64,000 nucleotides of DNA, taken from positions 23,194 to 87,193 of IMG/VR virus record IMGVR_UViG_3300032224_001146. The stretch is one strand, 5' to 3'. Each line of letters begins with the position of its first letter. Within the stretch, counting starts at the first letter, position 1. Below are positions 28,201-36,554 of this stretch, piece by piece. The notes under the pieces were generated by a model. It saw only the letters and a list, made by a program, of their open reading frames with translations. It was not told the origin of the DNA and searched no databases. The DNA is from a virus. Both the position numbers and the translations under genes were made by a program.

Positions 28201-31200
28201 GAGGAAGAGTTGCAGGCGGAACAGACTCATTTATTTCTGCATTAAAGCATAATGGAATTATTAGTGAATTAGATGAAGCATATTTACTTAATGATTTGTC
28301 TGACGCATATCTTTCAAGAATTTCTAGACAAAAATTTATTGGTGATGCTAATAACCCGTATGCAGATGTATCAAATAAATTAATTGGACAAACTTTTGCT
28401 AATAGACCAGAAATTTTAAATTTATGGAAACAGTTCTCAAGACAAGCTCCAGCAAGAACAAGTATTGGAAGAAGAAGTACAAACTGGAAAAATATTGTTC
28501 TTGATCACAATGGTCAAAAAATTACTATTTCTGGAAAAGAATTTAAGGGATCAAAACAAGACAATAGCATATTCCTCCATGCAACTAATCAATCTGGATA
28601 TGATAGAAAGATTGGTAGATATGCTGGTGGCATTACAAGACTTCCAGGTTACGGCGGCGGAGATGTAATACCAGCAATGCTTGAGCCAGGAGAATCAGTT
28701 GTAACAAAACAAGCTACATCAAAATATGCACCAGTTCTTCAAGCAATGAATCAAGGAACATTACCAGGATTTAAAATTGGTGTTGTTGGTGTTGGTAAAG
28801 CTGTTGCAGCAATGGGAATTGCTGAAGGAGGCAGAAGAATTGGAGAAAATATTGGCGGACCAATAGGATCTACTATTTCATTTGCATCACAATTATTTGG
28901 ATATGGTGCAGGACTTTCAATGTTTTCTAGAGAGGGTGCTAAAGCTGGAAGAGTTGCTGGAATGTTTTCTAGTATCACAGCTAAGTTTCCTGGGCTATTT
29001 GCTAAAACAGTATTTGGTTTAAGTAGATTTAACGTAGCCCTTGCAGTTGGAATACCAGCCTTAACTTACGGAATTAATAAATATAAAGAATATCAAGAAA
29101 ATCAAAGATTAACAGCTTTAGGTTATGGATTAACAGCAGATGCTGCTAAAAAAGCTGGACTTAGATATACAGATTTTAATGGCAAGATGAAAGATGCTAT
29201 TGCTAATGCACAGCTGATGAAAGAAAAAAATCATTTAATTTACGAATCAATGACTCAATCTAATACTCCACTTAAAATTACAATTGAAGAATATAAGAAG
29301 CTAAAAGAAACAGTTTCAAAAACAATGCCAGACTACATAAAGCTTGTAAATATTACAAACTCAAAAGATGTAGGATCACTTGCTGTTCAATTAAAAGCAC
29401 AATTCATAAGTGCTGGAAAATCTGCAGAAGATGCAACCAAGATGGTTTATGCTTTAATTGCTGCATCAAATAAATCTGCAATGGCTGGGAAAGCAATAGG
29501 ATCTCAAGACTTTGCTGGAGTTACAGATGCACAAACAGCTTCTGTTCAAACAGTAAAAACATTTGCAACTTCTACTAAACTTTCAAATGGTAAAGCTCAA
29601 ACACAGGCATTTATGACTGCATTGCAAGGTATTGATGCTGCAATACTAGACATTGAAGCAAATGCTAAGAAGATGGGCAAGCCAGTAGATGCCGCAGCCG
29701 TACAGTTTGAAGCAATCAATAAGGGTGCTGGAAAAAGTGTAACTCTTACTAAATCAATGATTGATAACCTTAAAAATGAAAACCCAGAGCTTGCAAAAAT
29801 TCTTAATACATCAGACAATATTCAATCAGCATGGGCAAAGTATAAGCTCCTTATTGGTGGATCAACCGCAGACCTTGTAACCTTAACTGGACAAGCAGCA
29901 ATTGCATTACAAACAATGGATGCAGCAATTGAAAAATCTGTTGTATCAGGTTTAGGTGCATCTGGCGGGATGTTGGAAAAAACAAATGCTAGATTAAAAA
30001 CTCTTTATGATGATAAAGCTAAATATGAAAAGCAAGCTGCAGGGCAATCTGCAAAAGCACAAATTGATTCTAAAGCTCAATTAAAATCACTTAATGATCA
30101 AATTGATAAAATCAATAAAAAGGCAGAAGCAGAAAAGAAAGCACTTGAAGATAAAGCAGCAGCTGAAGACATTGTTCTTCAAATTCAACAAAAAAGATTG
30201 GAATATCAAAATGCAATTGCTACAGGCAATATGCAAGCAGCTGCTCAAGCACAACTTGAGGTAGACAGATTACAAAAACAACAACAACTTACAGCTGGCG
30301 TAAATGCAATTGAAGAAAAAAGGCAAAAAGATGTTGCACCACTACAAGCCCAGATAGATGCATTAAATGCAGCACAAGATAAATTAGCTAACTCAGCAAC
30401 CCTTGCTTCAGATGCTCTTAATAAAACAAATAAAGAAATTGCAGATTTAGAAACCAAAGCATCTTTGGTAACAGCAGCATTTACAAGATTAGAAAAAGGT
30501 CTTAATGAGCAAGGCGATGCATATAAAAAGACACAAACCTACAAAGACGATATTGCAGCATTGGCTAAAGCAATTGCAGACGGAAAGTTTGCAACACCTG
30601 GAATCTCAGATACAAAGACTGTATATAGTGGAGCTTATCCAACAACTGTAAAAAAGACTCCAGCAGAAATGGCAGAAGAATATTTAAATTCTGCACGTAA
30701 GGGTCTTGAAGCTGGAATATCTGCAAATACAGTTTACTTGAATGCAAAAGCTGTTTTGGATGCAGATAAAAAAGCATCTGGAACTCAATATACAACTTCA
30801 GAATTATTTAAAAAGCAGTCCTATACTCTTACTGGAGAAGGACAAGATGCAATGTATGACAAAGGCGGAACAATTAAACAACAGGTCAGAACATCTTTGC
30901 TTTCACAAAATGATGGAAAGAATTTTAAGATTGGTGATAGATTTACAGTCAATGGACATACATATGGAGTTAAAAAAGGTTCACTATTTAATAATACATA
31001 TGGAATGCAAATTGTTGAAATTGATATGGCAAATAAAGCAGATGGAGGAATCATCCGTGGACCAGGAACTGGAACATCAGACTCTATTCCAACAATGCTT
31101 TCAAATGGCGAATATGTAATTAAGGCAAGCTCAGTAAAATCAATTGGTGTACCAGCACTTGATAACTTAAATAAAATGGCATCAGGCGGACTTGTTGCTA

Positions 31201-31400
31201 GATATGATATGCCAAGAATGACAACTGGCGGAAGATTAAAAATGGGTACGGGAGGTCTTGCTCAATCTGGCGGATCAGAGTATAATATTAATGTAACACT
31301 TAATGGATCTAATTTAACACCAGATGATGTAGCCAACGCAATTGAAAGAAAGATGCGTCAGCTAAATGCTATGAACGGAACACAAAGGACATTTAATTGA
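25278..31400 (+). CDS. Tape measure protein (TP901-type)
   Basis: 2040 aa, Ala-rich and helical. 'NWGKNTQWAGRQLTVGLT.P', 'IDFLNAVENQT', C-terminal 'ADGG.I.GPGTGTSDSIP.MLSNGEYV'. Confidence 0.93.
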   Translation: MTENINTQITASADFSSLIGQIHQAVSQLTLLQQKIGASNVALSQQIAASNNAFANTLKNSNQFSTHFVTLASDTEKFGKALDSGKLKLRDYYNSWQQYHRQGASLIKDLAKQQAAMQNAIIQPMGRNGQGQMQFNVHVPTGIDELANKTRIAKQEMSILNKVMSDGATQLINWGKNTQWAGRQLTVGLTVPMAAFGQAAAQSFLQVDAELVRLTKVYGGLAQTSQAELGKVRSDTIKTAKELSGAYGVNFKETIALAADIAATGKQGNELMGSLKETTRLSVLGEVSRQDAMKATLAIQNAFKQNTTELGQSIDFLNAVENQTSTTLQDLVNAIPKAGPVVKGLGGDVKDLALMMVAMKEGGVDAASAANGLKSALGSLINPTKNAKTLFRGFGIDLQGIVNNNAGHVTETILALQNALDKLNPLQKQQALETLFGKYQFARMGALFDNLGKKGSQTLQVLDLMKASTQELAGVASRELAQQTESASGKYKRALESLKADLATVGSGFLGVSANLLKIADGILKAFNALPGPVKKFVTLLAGLTAVAGPIIMLTGVFSNFLGYVMKGFAGIRAFFSHADKFKLLTPEIVAADEAAMIMEKTFYSDAEAAMVLKNALTALKLEMRQIAEMASSNTITAKPLVQNISNATHGGTVPINGLDFAHYNPQARLSEEDRLKQTFHTSIPLDPTTNKKIGENPQMMVMPGTGIPKVQGLTMINGATTGVNAVEAAKWNTMMTTMAMRTKTQMAEVERVLDTTGQLPAEFMADFNLILPKMQNIAATAAQSSARVARSAEAGILTVEESQRALQAINAKMIERMNALSIASGVPIERMTMVPGTNTQVATGTAAMKNQDYNMRSVTRTGAGRVGGLTSKISNALKVGVRRIKLQDGAVGIGGIQKYAGGVIGAGLTLGLKAARALSLVGARAGQKAYKFKSAFGVFGKTLPGQTADSINLLLRTGKMPVGDYVRSLMLAGRGRVAGGTDSFISALKHNGIISELDEAYLLNDLSDAYLSRISRQKFIGDANNPYADVSNKLIGQTFANRPEILNLWKQFSRQAPARTSIGRRSTNWKNIVLDHNGQKITISGKEFKGSKQDNSIFLHATNQSGYDRKIGRYAGGITRLPGYGGGDVIPAMLEPGESVVTKQATSKYAPVLQAMNQGTLPGFKIGVVGVGKAVAAMGIAEGGRRIGENIGGPIGSTISFASQLFGYGAGLSMFSREGAKAGRVAGMFSSITAKFPGLFAKTVFGLSRFNVALAVGIPALTYGINKYKEYQENQRLTALGYGLTADAAKKAGLRYTDFNGKMKDAIANAQLMKEKNHLIYESMTQSNTPLKITIEEYKKLKETVSKTMPDYIKLVNITNSKDVGSLAVQLKAQFISAGKSAEDATKMVYALIAASNKSAMAGKAIGSQDFAGVTDAQTASVQTVKTFATSTKLSNGKAQTQAFMTALQGIDAAILDIEANAKKMGKPVDAAAVQFEAINKGAGKSVTLTKSMIDNLKNENPELAKILNTSDNIQSAWAKYKLLIGGSTADLVTLTGQAAIALQTMDAAIEKSVVSGLGASGGMLEKTNARLKTLYDDKAKYEKQAAGQSAKAQIDSKAQLKSLNDQIDKINKKAEAEKKALEDKAAAEDIVLQIQQKRLEYQNAIATGNMQAAAQAQLEVDRLQKQQQLTAGVNAIEEKRQKDVAPLQAQIDALNAAQDKLANSATLASDALNKTNKEIADLETKASLVTAAFTRLEKGLNEQGDAYKKTQTYKDDIAALAKAIADGKFATPGISDTKTVYSGAYPTTVKKTPAEMAEEYLNSARKGLEAGISANTVYLNAKAVLDADKKASGTQYTTSELFKKQSYTLTGEGQDAMYDKGGTIKQQVRTSLLSQNDGKNFKIGDRFTVNGHTYGVKKGSLFNNTYGMQIVEIDMANKADGGIIRGPGTGTSDSIPTMLSNGEYVIKASSVKSIGVPALDNLNKMASGGLVARYDMPRMTTGGRLKMGTGGLAQSGGSEYNINVTLNGSNLTPDDVANAIERKMRQLNAMNGTQRTFN

Positions 31401-31858
31401 GCACAGTATATTTACCAGTAGGTTCTGCACTCTTTGTTGATACATCAACAACGGATACACCAACATGGCAAAAATTAACTGAGCATAATAGATCTCCAAT
31501 TTCATTAGATATTACAAGAATTGAACAAAATTTAAGAACATCAAATGGCACATTGAGAAAGCTTTTTATCGCAGATAAAAAAACATTCAATACTTCTTGG
31601 AGCATGCTACCAGCACTATCTACAATGACTGTAGACGGTGGATGGGGTGCAAGAGAGATGAGAGATTTTTACCTTGGATCTAAAGGCAAAAATTCATTTA
31701 AAATAAAACTATCATATAACGGAGTAACCACAGAAGATAATATAGTCGTATCTTTCCAGAGTGCCAACTTTTCAATTATTAAAAGAAACGTTAAGGCAAA
31801 ATCAACTGATACACCCCAAGAGTTTTGGGATGTTACTATATCGCTGGAAGAAGTATAA
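31397..31858 (+). CDS. Distal tail-like protein
   Basis: First gene after the tape measure. 'R.SNGTLRK..IADK..F..SW..LP', ends 'WDV.ISLEEV'. Confidence 0.65.
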   Translation: MSTVYLPVGSALFVDTSTTDTPTWQKLTEHNRSPISLDITRIEQNLRTSNGTLRKLFIADKKTFNTSWSMLPALSTMTVDGGWGAREMRDFYLGSKGKNSFKIKLSYNGVTTEDNIVVSFQSANFSIIKRNVKAKSTDTPQEFWDVTISLEEV

Positions 31859-33828
31859 TGATTGTTGTTCCACAAACCGCCAAAGATTTAATATCTAAAA
31901 GCACTACACTCAACATGGGTGTTGGGGCTACAATTGATATTAATGTTAATTCAATGGTTGATTTTACAGACTCATCAATTACTGGAAATGATTATACAAC
32001 AATTGGTGGAAGACAACCATTTAAAAAACTATTTCCTTTAGATACTATAATTAAACCATTAAGACCAGTTTCCGCTGGAGTTAAATACGGAATTTTTGGT
32101 GATATTGCAAATCAAAGTTATGGTGATCCATCAACAGTTACATTTAAGCCTTCAGGTCAAACAGCTACAACTAAATATCGAACATATTACGCTGGAACAG
32201 ACACCTACTATAAGTATTGGGTAAGCCCTAAAAATGTTAATGCAGTCATAAACATTACATACCCTAAAACAGTTTATGCTAATAAAGTTGTAGTAACTTT
32301 TGAAATTAGCCATGCAATGCCATCAGCATGGACTGTAGCAATTGGCGACTCAACAATATCTGGCACTTCAGCAGATATTAAAAACTTTAACTCTATAAAC
32401 TATGATGCAGGAAGTCTTACACTATATTACAATGGAACGTCATGGTCTAAGAATTCTAATGATTTAAATTTAAATTCTTATAAGAGCTTTACAACAACTT
32501 CCTTGACAGCAACTAATCCAGGCGGTTATATTGGTGTTATTGAATTTGCACCACATTGGGTTAGGGATCTTACAGATTATGTAGTTGATTTTGATATTAG
32601 AAAAGAATCTTCATCTAGTACAGAAGCTTTAGTTCCAGTTGGAAATATTACTGCCAACTCACTTAATATGTCATTAAATAAATATGATTCAGCAGCAATG
32701 TTTTTTCAGTCTTATAATAAGTCAAGCACAATAGATTTAACAAAAATGTATTTGTATAAGCAAGCACAAATTAATGTTTACCTAAAGTTATATGATTCAA
32801 ATGCAGCAGACGCAGATTCAAAAACAGATTCAAAAGGAAAGTACTATAAGATTAATCAGGGTACATTTTATTTAGATAGCTGGGACATAACAGAATTTGG
32901 TGATCTAACTTTATTTGGACTAGACTCTGCAAAGATACTTCAGGACACATTGGCACCAGACATAATGTGTGAATCATTTTCTTCTATAGCAATTATTAGA
33001 AGGCTATTAGATTCTGTCGGATACACAAACTATAACTTTAATTATAATACTTCAGATAGCTCAATCATATCTCCAAAATATTGGTGGTCTGACAGTACTA
33101 CAACAGTGTGGGATAACCTTCAATCTCTTTGCCGTGACGCACAAATGAGTGCTGTAGTTGACGAAAATAATGTTATGCAGATTTACACAAGAGATTATAT
33201 ATATGATAATGCAAGAACTACACAGCACACATTTAGAAATGCAACATCTGGAACAGATTTAGCAAATATAGTTTCATTAACCAAAAAAGATTTGCCATCA
33301 GCAAATCAAGTTAAAGTAATTTATTATACAGTTGTTTCATCAGCTTATGATCAAAATAGTGCACCACTATGGACATCAGGAGATTCTTATTTAGCAGCAG
33401 CTGCTTTAGCATCGGACCTACTTACTTCAACTTTACCAACTTCAAATACAAAAGTTTATATGAAGTTAAATCCAATCACAGTAAATGATTTGTCTTCAGA
33501 ACAAGTTGTATATAGTTTTAATGGTCATTTTTTAATTGGATCTGAAATTATTGAATATGATGCTATAGAATATCAGTATGTGGATATTGATAGTGCACAA
33601 GATGTAACTGTTGATATTACTGGTGAGTCAGACCTTTTAAAGAACAAAGGAAAAGCAAGAATTATAAGTAATGCTGGAAATGATTCTTATAAGTCTACCT
33701 TTATCCCAACAGGAAGATACAGAATTAAAACCAGAGGTGCCTTTGGCACAAAAATAGCAGATCATTTTGTTGATGCTAAAAATGCAGCATTAGGCTGGAA
33801 TGGATATCAAGGGGTGATTTGGAAATAA
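31858..33828 (+). CDS. Minor tail/hub protein
   Basis: Synteny. 'GTFYLDSW', 'VWD.LQ.LCRDAQM.A..DENN.MQ' are hub-like motifs. Confidence 0.65.
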   Translation: MIVVPQTAKDLISKSTTLNMGVGATIDINVNSMVDFTDSSITGNDYTTIGGRQPFKKLFPLDTIIKPLRPVSAGVKYGIFGDIANQSYGDPSTVTFKPSGQTATTKYRTYYAGTDTYYKYWVSPKNVNAVINITYPKTVYANKVVVTFEISHAMPSAWTVAIGDSTISGTSADIKNFNSINYDAGSLTLYYNGTSWSKNSNDLNLNSYKSFTTTSLTATNPGGYIGVIEFAPHWVRDLTDYVVDFDIRKESSSSTEALVPVGNITANSLNMSLNKYDSAAMFFQSYNKSSTIDLTKMYLYKQAQINVYLKLYDSNAADADSKTDSKGKYYKINQGTFYLDSWDITEFGDLTLFGLDSAKILQDTLAPDIMCESFSSIAIIRRLLDSVGYTNYNFNYNTSDSSIISPKYWWSDSTTTVWDNLQSLCRDAQMSAVVDENNVMQIYTRDYIYDNARTTQHTFRNATSGTDLANIVSLTKKDLPSANQVKVIYYTVVSSAYDQNSAPLWTSGDSYLAAAALASDLLTSTLPTSNTKVYMKLNPITVNDLSSEQVVYSFNGHFLIGSEIIEYDAIEYQYVDIDSAQDVTVDITGESDLLKNKGKARIISNAGNDSYKSTFIPTGRYRIKTRGAFGTKIADHFVDAKNAALGWNGYQGVIWK

Positions 33829-35213
33829 TGGCACTTCAATACGACGTATACGGATATCAAGCAACACAGGCAAGCGTTGCATCTCCTGCAAATACATCAA
33901 CTGGCACATATGATGGTGCAGAAAAAGTTTCATATACAGTTGGAAAAGAATTCAATGTTTCAAAATCTTTACTTACTATAAATACAGATTCAAATGACAC
34001 AACAAATTCAATAATTGTTAAAGGTTCTGGCATTGATACTTCTGGAGAATACTTTGCTTTTGGAACAACTATGTTTTTTAAAGCAACGTTAAACGATACA
34101 AAACAATCAGGTGGCTGTGGATTTTTTTTAAATGCTTCTTCAAATGGGGCAACTGGATATTACGTTTCTGTTGCTACAACATCTACTGCTGCAGCTCAAG
34201 GTGGAAACTCATTTAACTTTTATAAAATTATTAATGGTAAAAAGTATGTGCTGCAGGACTCTCAATCTGTTAGCGATGCAGCAAAATTAAGGGGTATATA
34301 CAACGGATCCTCATATAAGATAGATATTTTTGTGGACTATGGATCAACTAGTACCACACTTATTGCATATGTAAATGGATTTAAGATAACTGCAACTGAT
34401 GCAACAAAAACAATTGGTGGAGTTTCTGTAGATAGACTTTCAAAAACAGCAGTCATAGCACTATATGCAAATCTTGGAACGGCAGCATTTGATTATGCTT
34501 ATGCAATGCCTATTACAAAATCACAATATGACTCAGCATCACTTTATAATATTTACAAAGATAATTTTATTAAGGCTGGAATTGATATGGCTTACGGAGA
34601 TTTGTTTGTTACTGGATTACAACAAACTGATTCAACCACAGCCACAAAATACATAGATGAGTTTGGCCCAGTTGCCAGAGAAATTAGAAATATTAAAACT
34701 AGATACGATTCATCTCCAGCAATTCCAAAATACGTAACTACTGGTTTAAATCAGGCTGTCTCATTACTTGGACAAAAACTTGGGGTGTTTACTGGAGAAG
34801 CTTATGTTTTAAATAACACAGGCACCTATGTACCATTAAGCGACGGTGCAATGACATCTTTTGCTATTATTGGTCCAACAATTAGCAAGAGTAGCCCAAT
34901 TGAATATATGGATACAGAAATTGATAAGTATTCTCCACAAGAGCCAGTCACATTTGACTCTCAATGGATTCAAAGAGAATCAGATGCCAAGAACCTGTCT
35001 GACTGGATTAAAAAGCAATGGAAAAATAAACAAAGGGTAATAGATATAAACGTGTTTGGAAACCCATTAGTATCTGTAGCAGATATTATTGTTGTTGATT
35101 ATCCTTATAATGATTTAACAAATACTCAAAAGTTTGTTGTAACAAATGTAACTCAAGCATGGAAGGATGGGTTAACTACCACTATTACGGCTAGATCTAT
35201 ATATAGCCAATAA
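33828..35213 (+). CDS. Minor tail protein
   Basis: TAATG coupling. C-terminal 'SQWIQ....A..L..W', 'FGNPLV.V.DII.V.Y' resembles a hub C-terminus. Confidence 0.6.
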   Translation: MALQYDVYGYQATQASVASPANTSTGTYDGAEKVSYTVGKEFNVSKSLLTINTDSNDTTNSIIVKGSGIDTSGEYFAFGTTMFFKATLNDTKQSGGCGFFLNASSNGATGYYVSVATTSTAAAQGGNSFNFYKIINGKKYVLQDSQSVSDAAKLRGIYNGSSYKIDIFVDYGSTSTTLIAYVNGFKITATDATKTIGGVSVDRLSKTAVIALYANLGTAAFDYAYAMPITKSQYDSASLYNIYKDNFIKAGIDMAYGDLFVTGLQQTDSTTATKYIDEFGPVAREIRNIKTRYDSSPAIPKYVTTGLNQAVSLLGQKLGVFTGEAYVLNNTGTYVPLSDGAMTSFAIIGPTISKSSPIEYMDTEIDKYSPQEPVTFDSQWIQRESDAKNLSDWIKKQWKNKQRVIDINVFGNPLVSVADIIVVDYPYNDLTNTQKFVVTNVTQAWKDGLTTTITARSIYSQ

Positions 35214-35214
35214 A

Positions 35215-35223
35215 TGGTATAAT
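35215..35223 (+). promoter_or_regulatory. Extended -10 promoter, probably leaderless
   Basis: TGGTATAAT followed 6 nt later by ATG at 35230, with no SD. Confidence 0.55.
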
Positions 35224-35229
35224 AAAATT

Positions 35230-35682
35230 ATGACCAAGCCAACTAAAGTTTCCAGTAATCAAGTTGCTAAAAATTCCCCAATATTTTTAGTTGCTGGCTC
35301 ACCAGAGCTTGTTGATTTAGATCCATCTTTTGTTAGAATTGTTGGTGGAGATTTAGCAAGTAAATATGCACAAGCTTATTTGCATGGCGGAGATTTTGGT
35401 GGATCATCTGGAGACCCAGACAATCCAACTAAGCCAGAAGATCCTAATAATCCAAATGGTCCAAAGGATCCCTCTTGGGTTGACAAGCCAAAAGCTGATG
35501 AAGGCGATGCAAGTTATACTATAGGTCTTAGAGGGTTAGCACCAGATCTTTCTGATATTCAAATTTTAAAACAGGAAGTTGATTTTAGTGTTGTCCCACC
35601 TAAAGTAAATATTACATTTAGAGTGCATAATTCTACTGGAAGGCAAGTGATTGGATTGAATGCGTTGGTTCCTAAACAATGA
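35230..35682 (+). CDS. Hypothetical tail-region protein with Pro/Asp/Asn linker
   Basis: 150-aa ORF coupled to the next gene. Confidence 0.6.
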   Translation: MTKPTKVSSNQVAKNSPIFLVAGSPELVDLDPSFVRIVGGDLASKYAQAYLHGGDFGGSSGDPDNPTKPEDPNNPNGPKDPSWVDKPKADEGDASYTIGLRGLAPDLSDIQILKQEVDFSVVPPKVNITFRVHNSTGRQVIGLNALVPKQ

Positions 35683-36554
35683 TTACTAAATTTGGAAAAA
35701 GATTTTTAACCTCTTATCTTGCAGGAGGATCAGCATTCCCAGCTCAAGAGATGGCATTTGGAATAGATTCAACAGCAGTAAATGCAAGTGGGAATGATAC
35801 AAGACTTGGTTTTGAATTTTATCGTTTCCCAGTCTCACTTGCTACAATTGATATTCAAACAGATAGCAATGGAGATAGCACATATGCAGTTGTATACAAA
35901 ACAACTGTCCCGCAAGATGTTGCTGGAATAATTAAAGAGGTTGGTTTATATCCATCAAGTAAGCAATCTTTAAATGCTACAGATAGCAAATTTATTACAG
36001 ATTTTGAAAACAACATGTTATGGTTTGATGCAGATTTATACAACCCACAATTAGTAACAACACCTACTCCTAGAGTTGGTGCCACCATGTTTAAAGTACA
36101 GTCCGTATCAAATTCATCAAAAGAATTTATTTCAAAGGTTGACACCTTTAACCTTGCTGGATATAGTGCAAATGACACAATTACATTAGCTTATAATCAG
36201 GAAGACAACAATCTATCTTCTATTAAAATAAAGTTTTATAGTTCGGATACAGATTATTTGTATACTACTTTTAACAATTTTTCTTCAACAGGAGAAGCAA
36301 TTAAAAAAGCAGCTTTATCAACATTAGCAATTAGTGGCAATCCAGATTCAACATCAATTATTAAAGTTGGAGTAGAGGTAGCAGCTAAATCTTCTGGTAA
36401 TACTGTTGTGTATTTAGATGGGCTAAGAATTAATGACGAGGACACCTTTGATCCTAAATATGGAATCATTGCTAGATCAGTATTAAGTTCACCGCTTACA
36501 AAACTTGCTGGAAGACCTGTTGATATAGAGTTTAGATTGGCATTGAACTTTTAA
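35679..36554 (+). CDS. Minor tail/baseplate-like protein
   Basis: 'ITKFGKRFL..YLAG...MAFG', 'L.FE..R.PV', 'I.EVGL' resemble tail-collar/fibre N-terminal domains. Confidence 0.55.
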   Translation: MITKFGKRFLTSYLAGGSAFPAQEMAFGIDSTAVNASGNDTRLGFEFYRFPVSLATIDIQTDSNGDSTYAVVYKTTVPQDVAGIIKEVGLYPSSKQSLNATDSKFITDFENNMLWFDADLYNPQLVTTPTPRVGATMFKVQSVSNSSKEFISKVDTFNLAGYSANDTITLAYNQEDNNLSSIKIKFYSSDTDYLYTTFNNFSSTGEAIKKAALSTLAISGNPDSTSIIKVGVEVAAKSSGNTVVYLDGLRINDEDTFDPKYGIIARSVLSSPLTKLAGRPVDIEFRLALNF

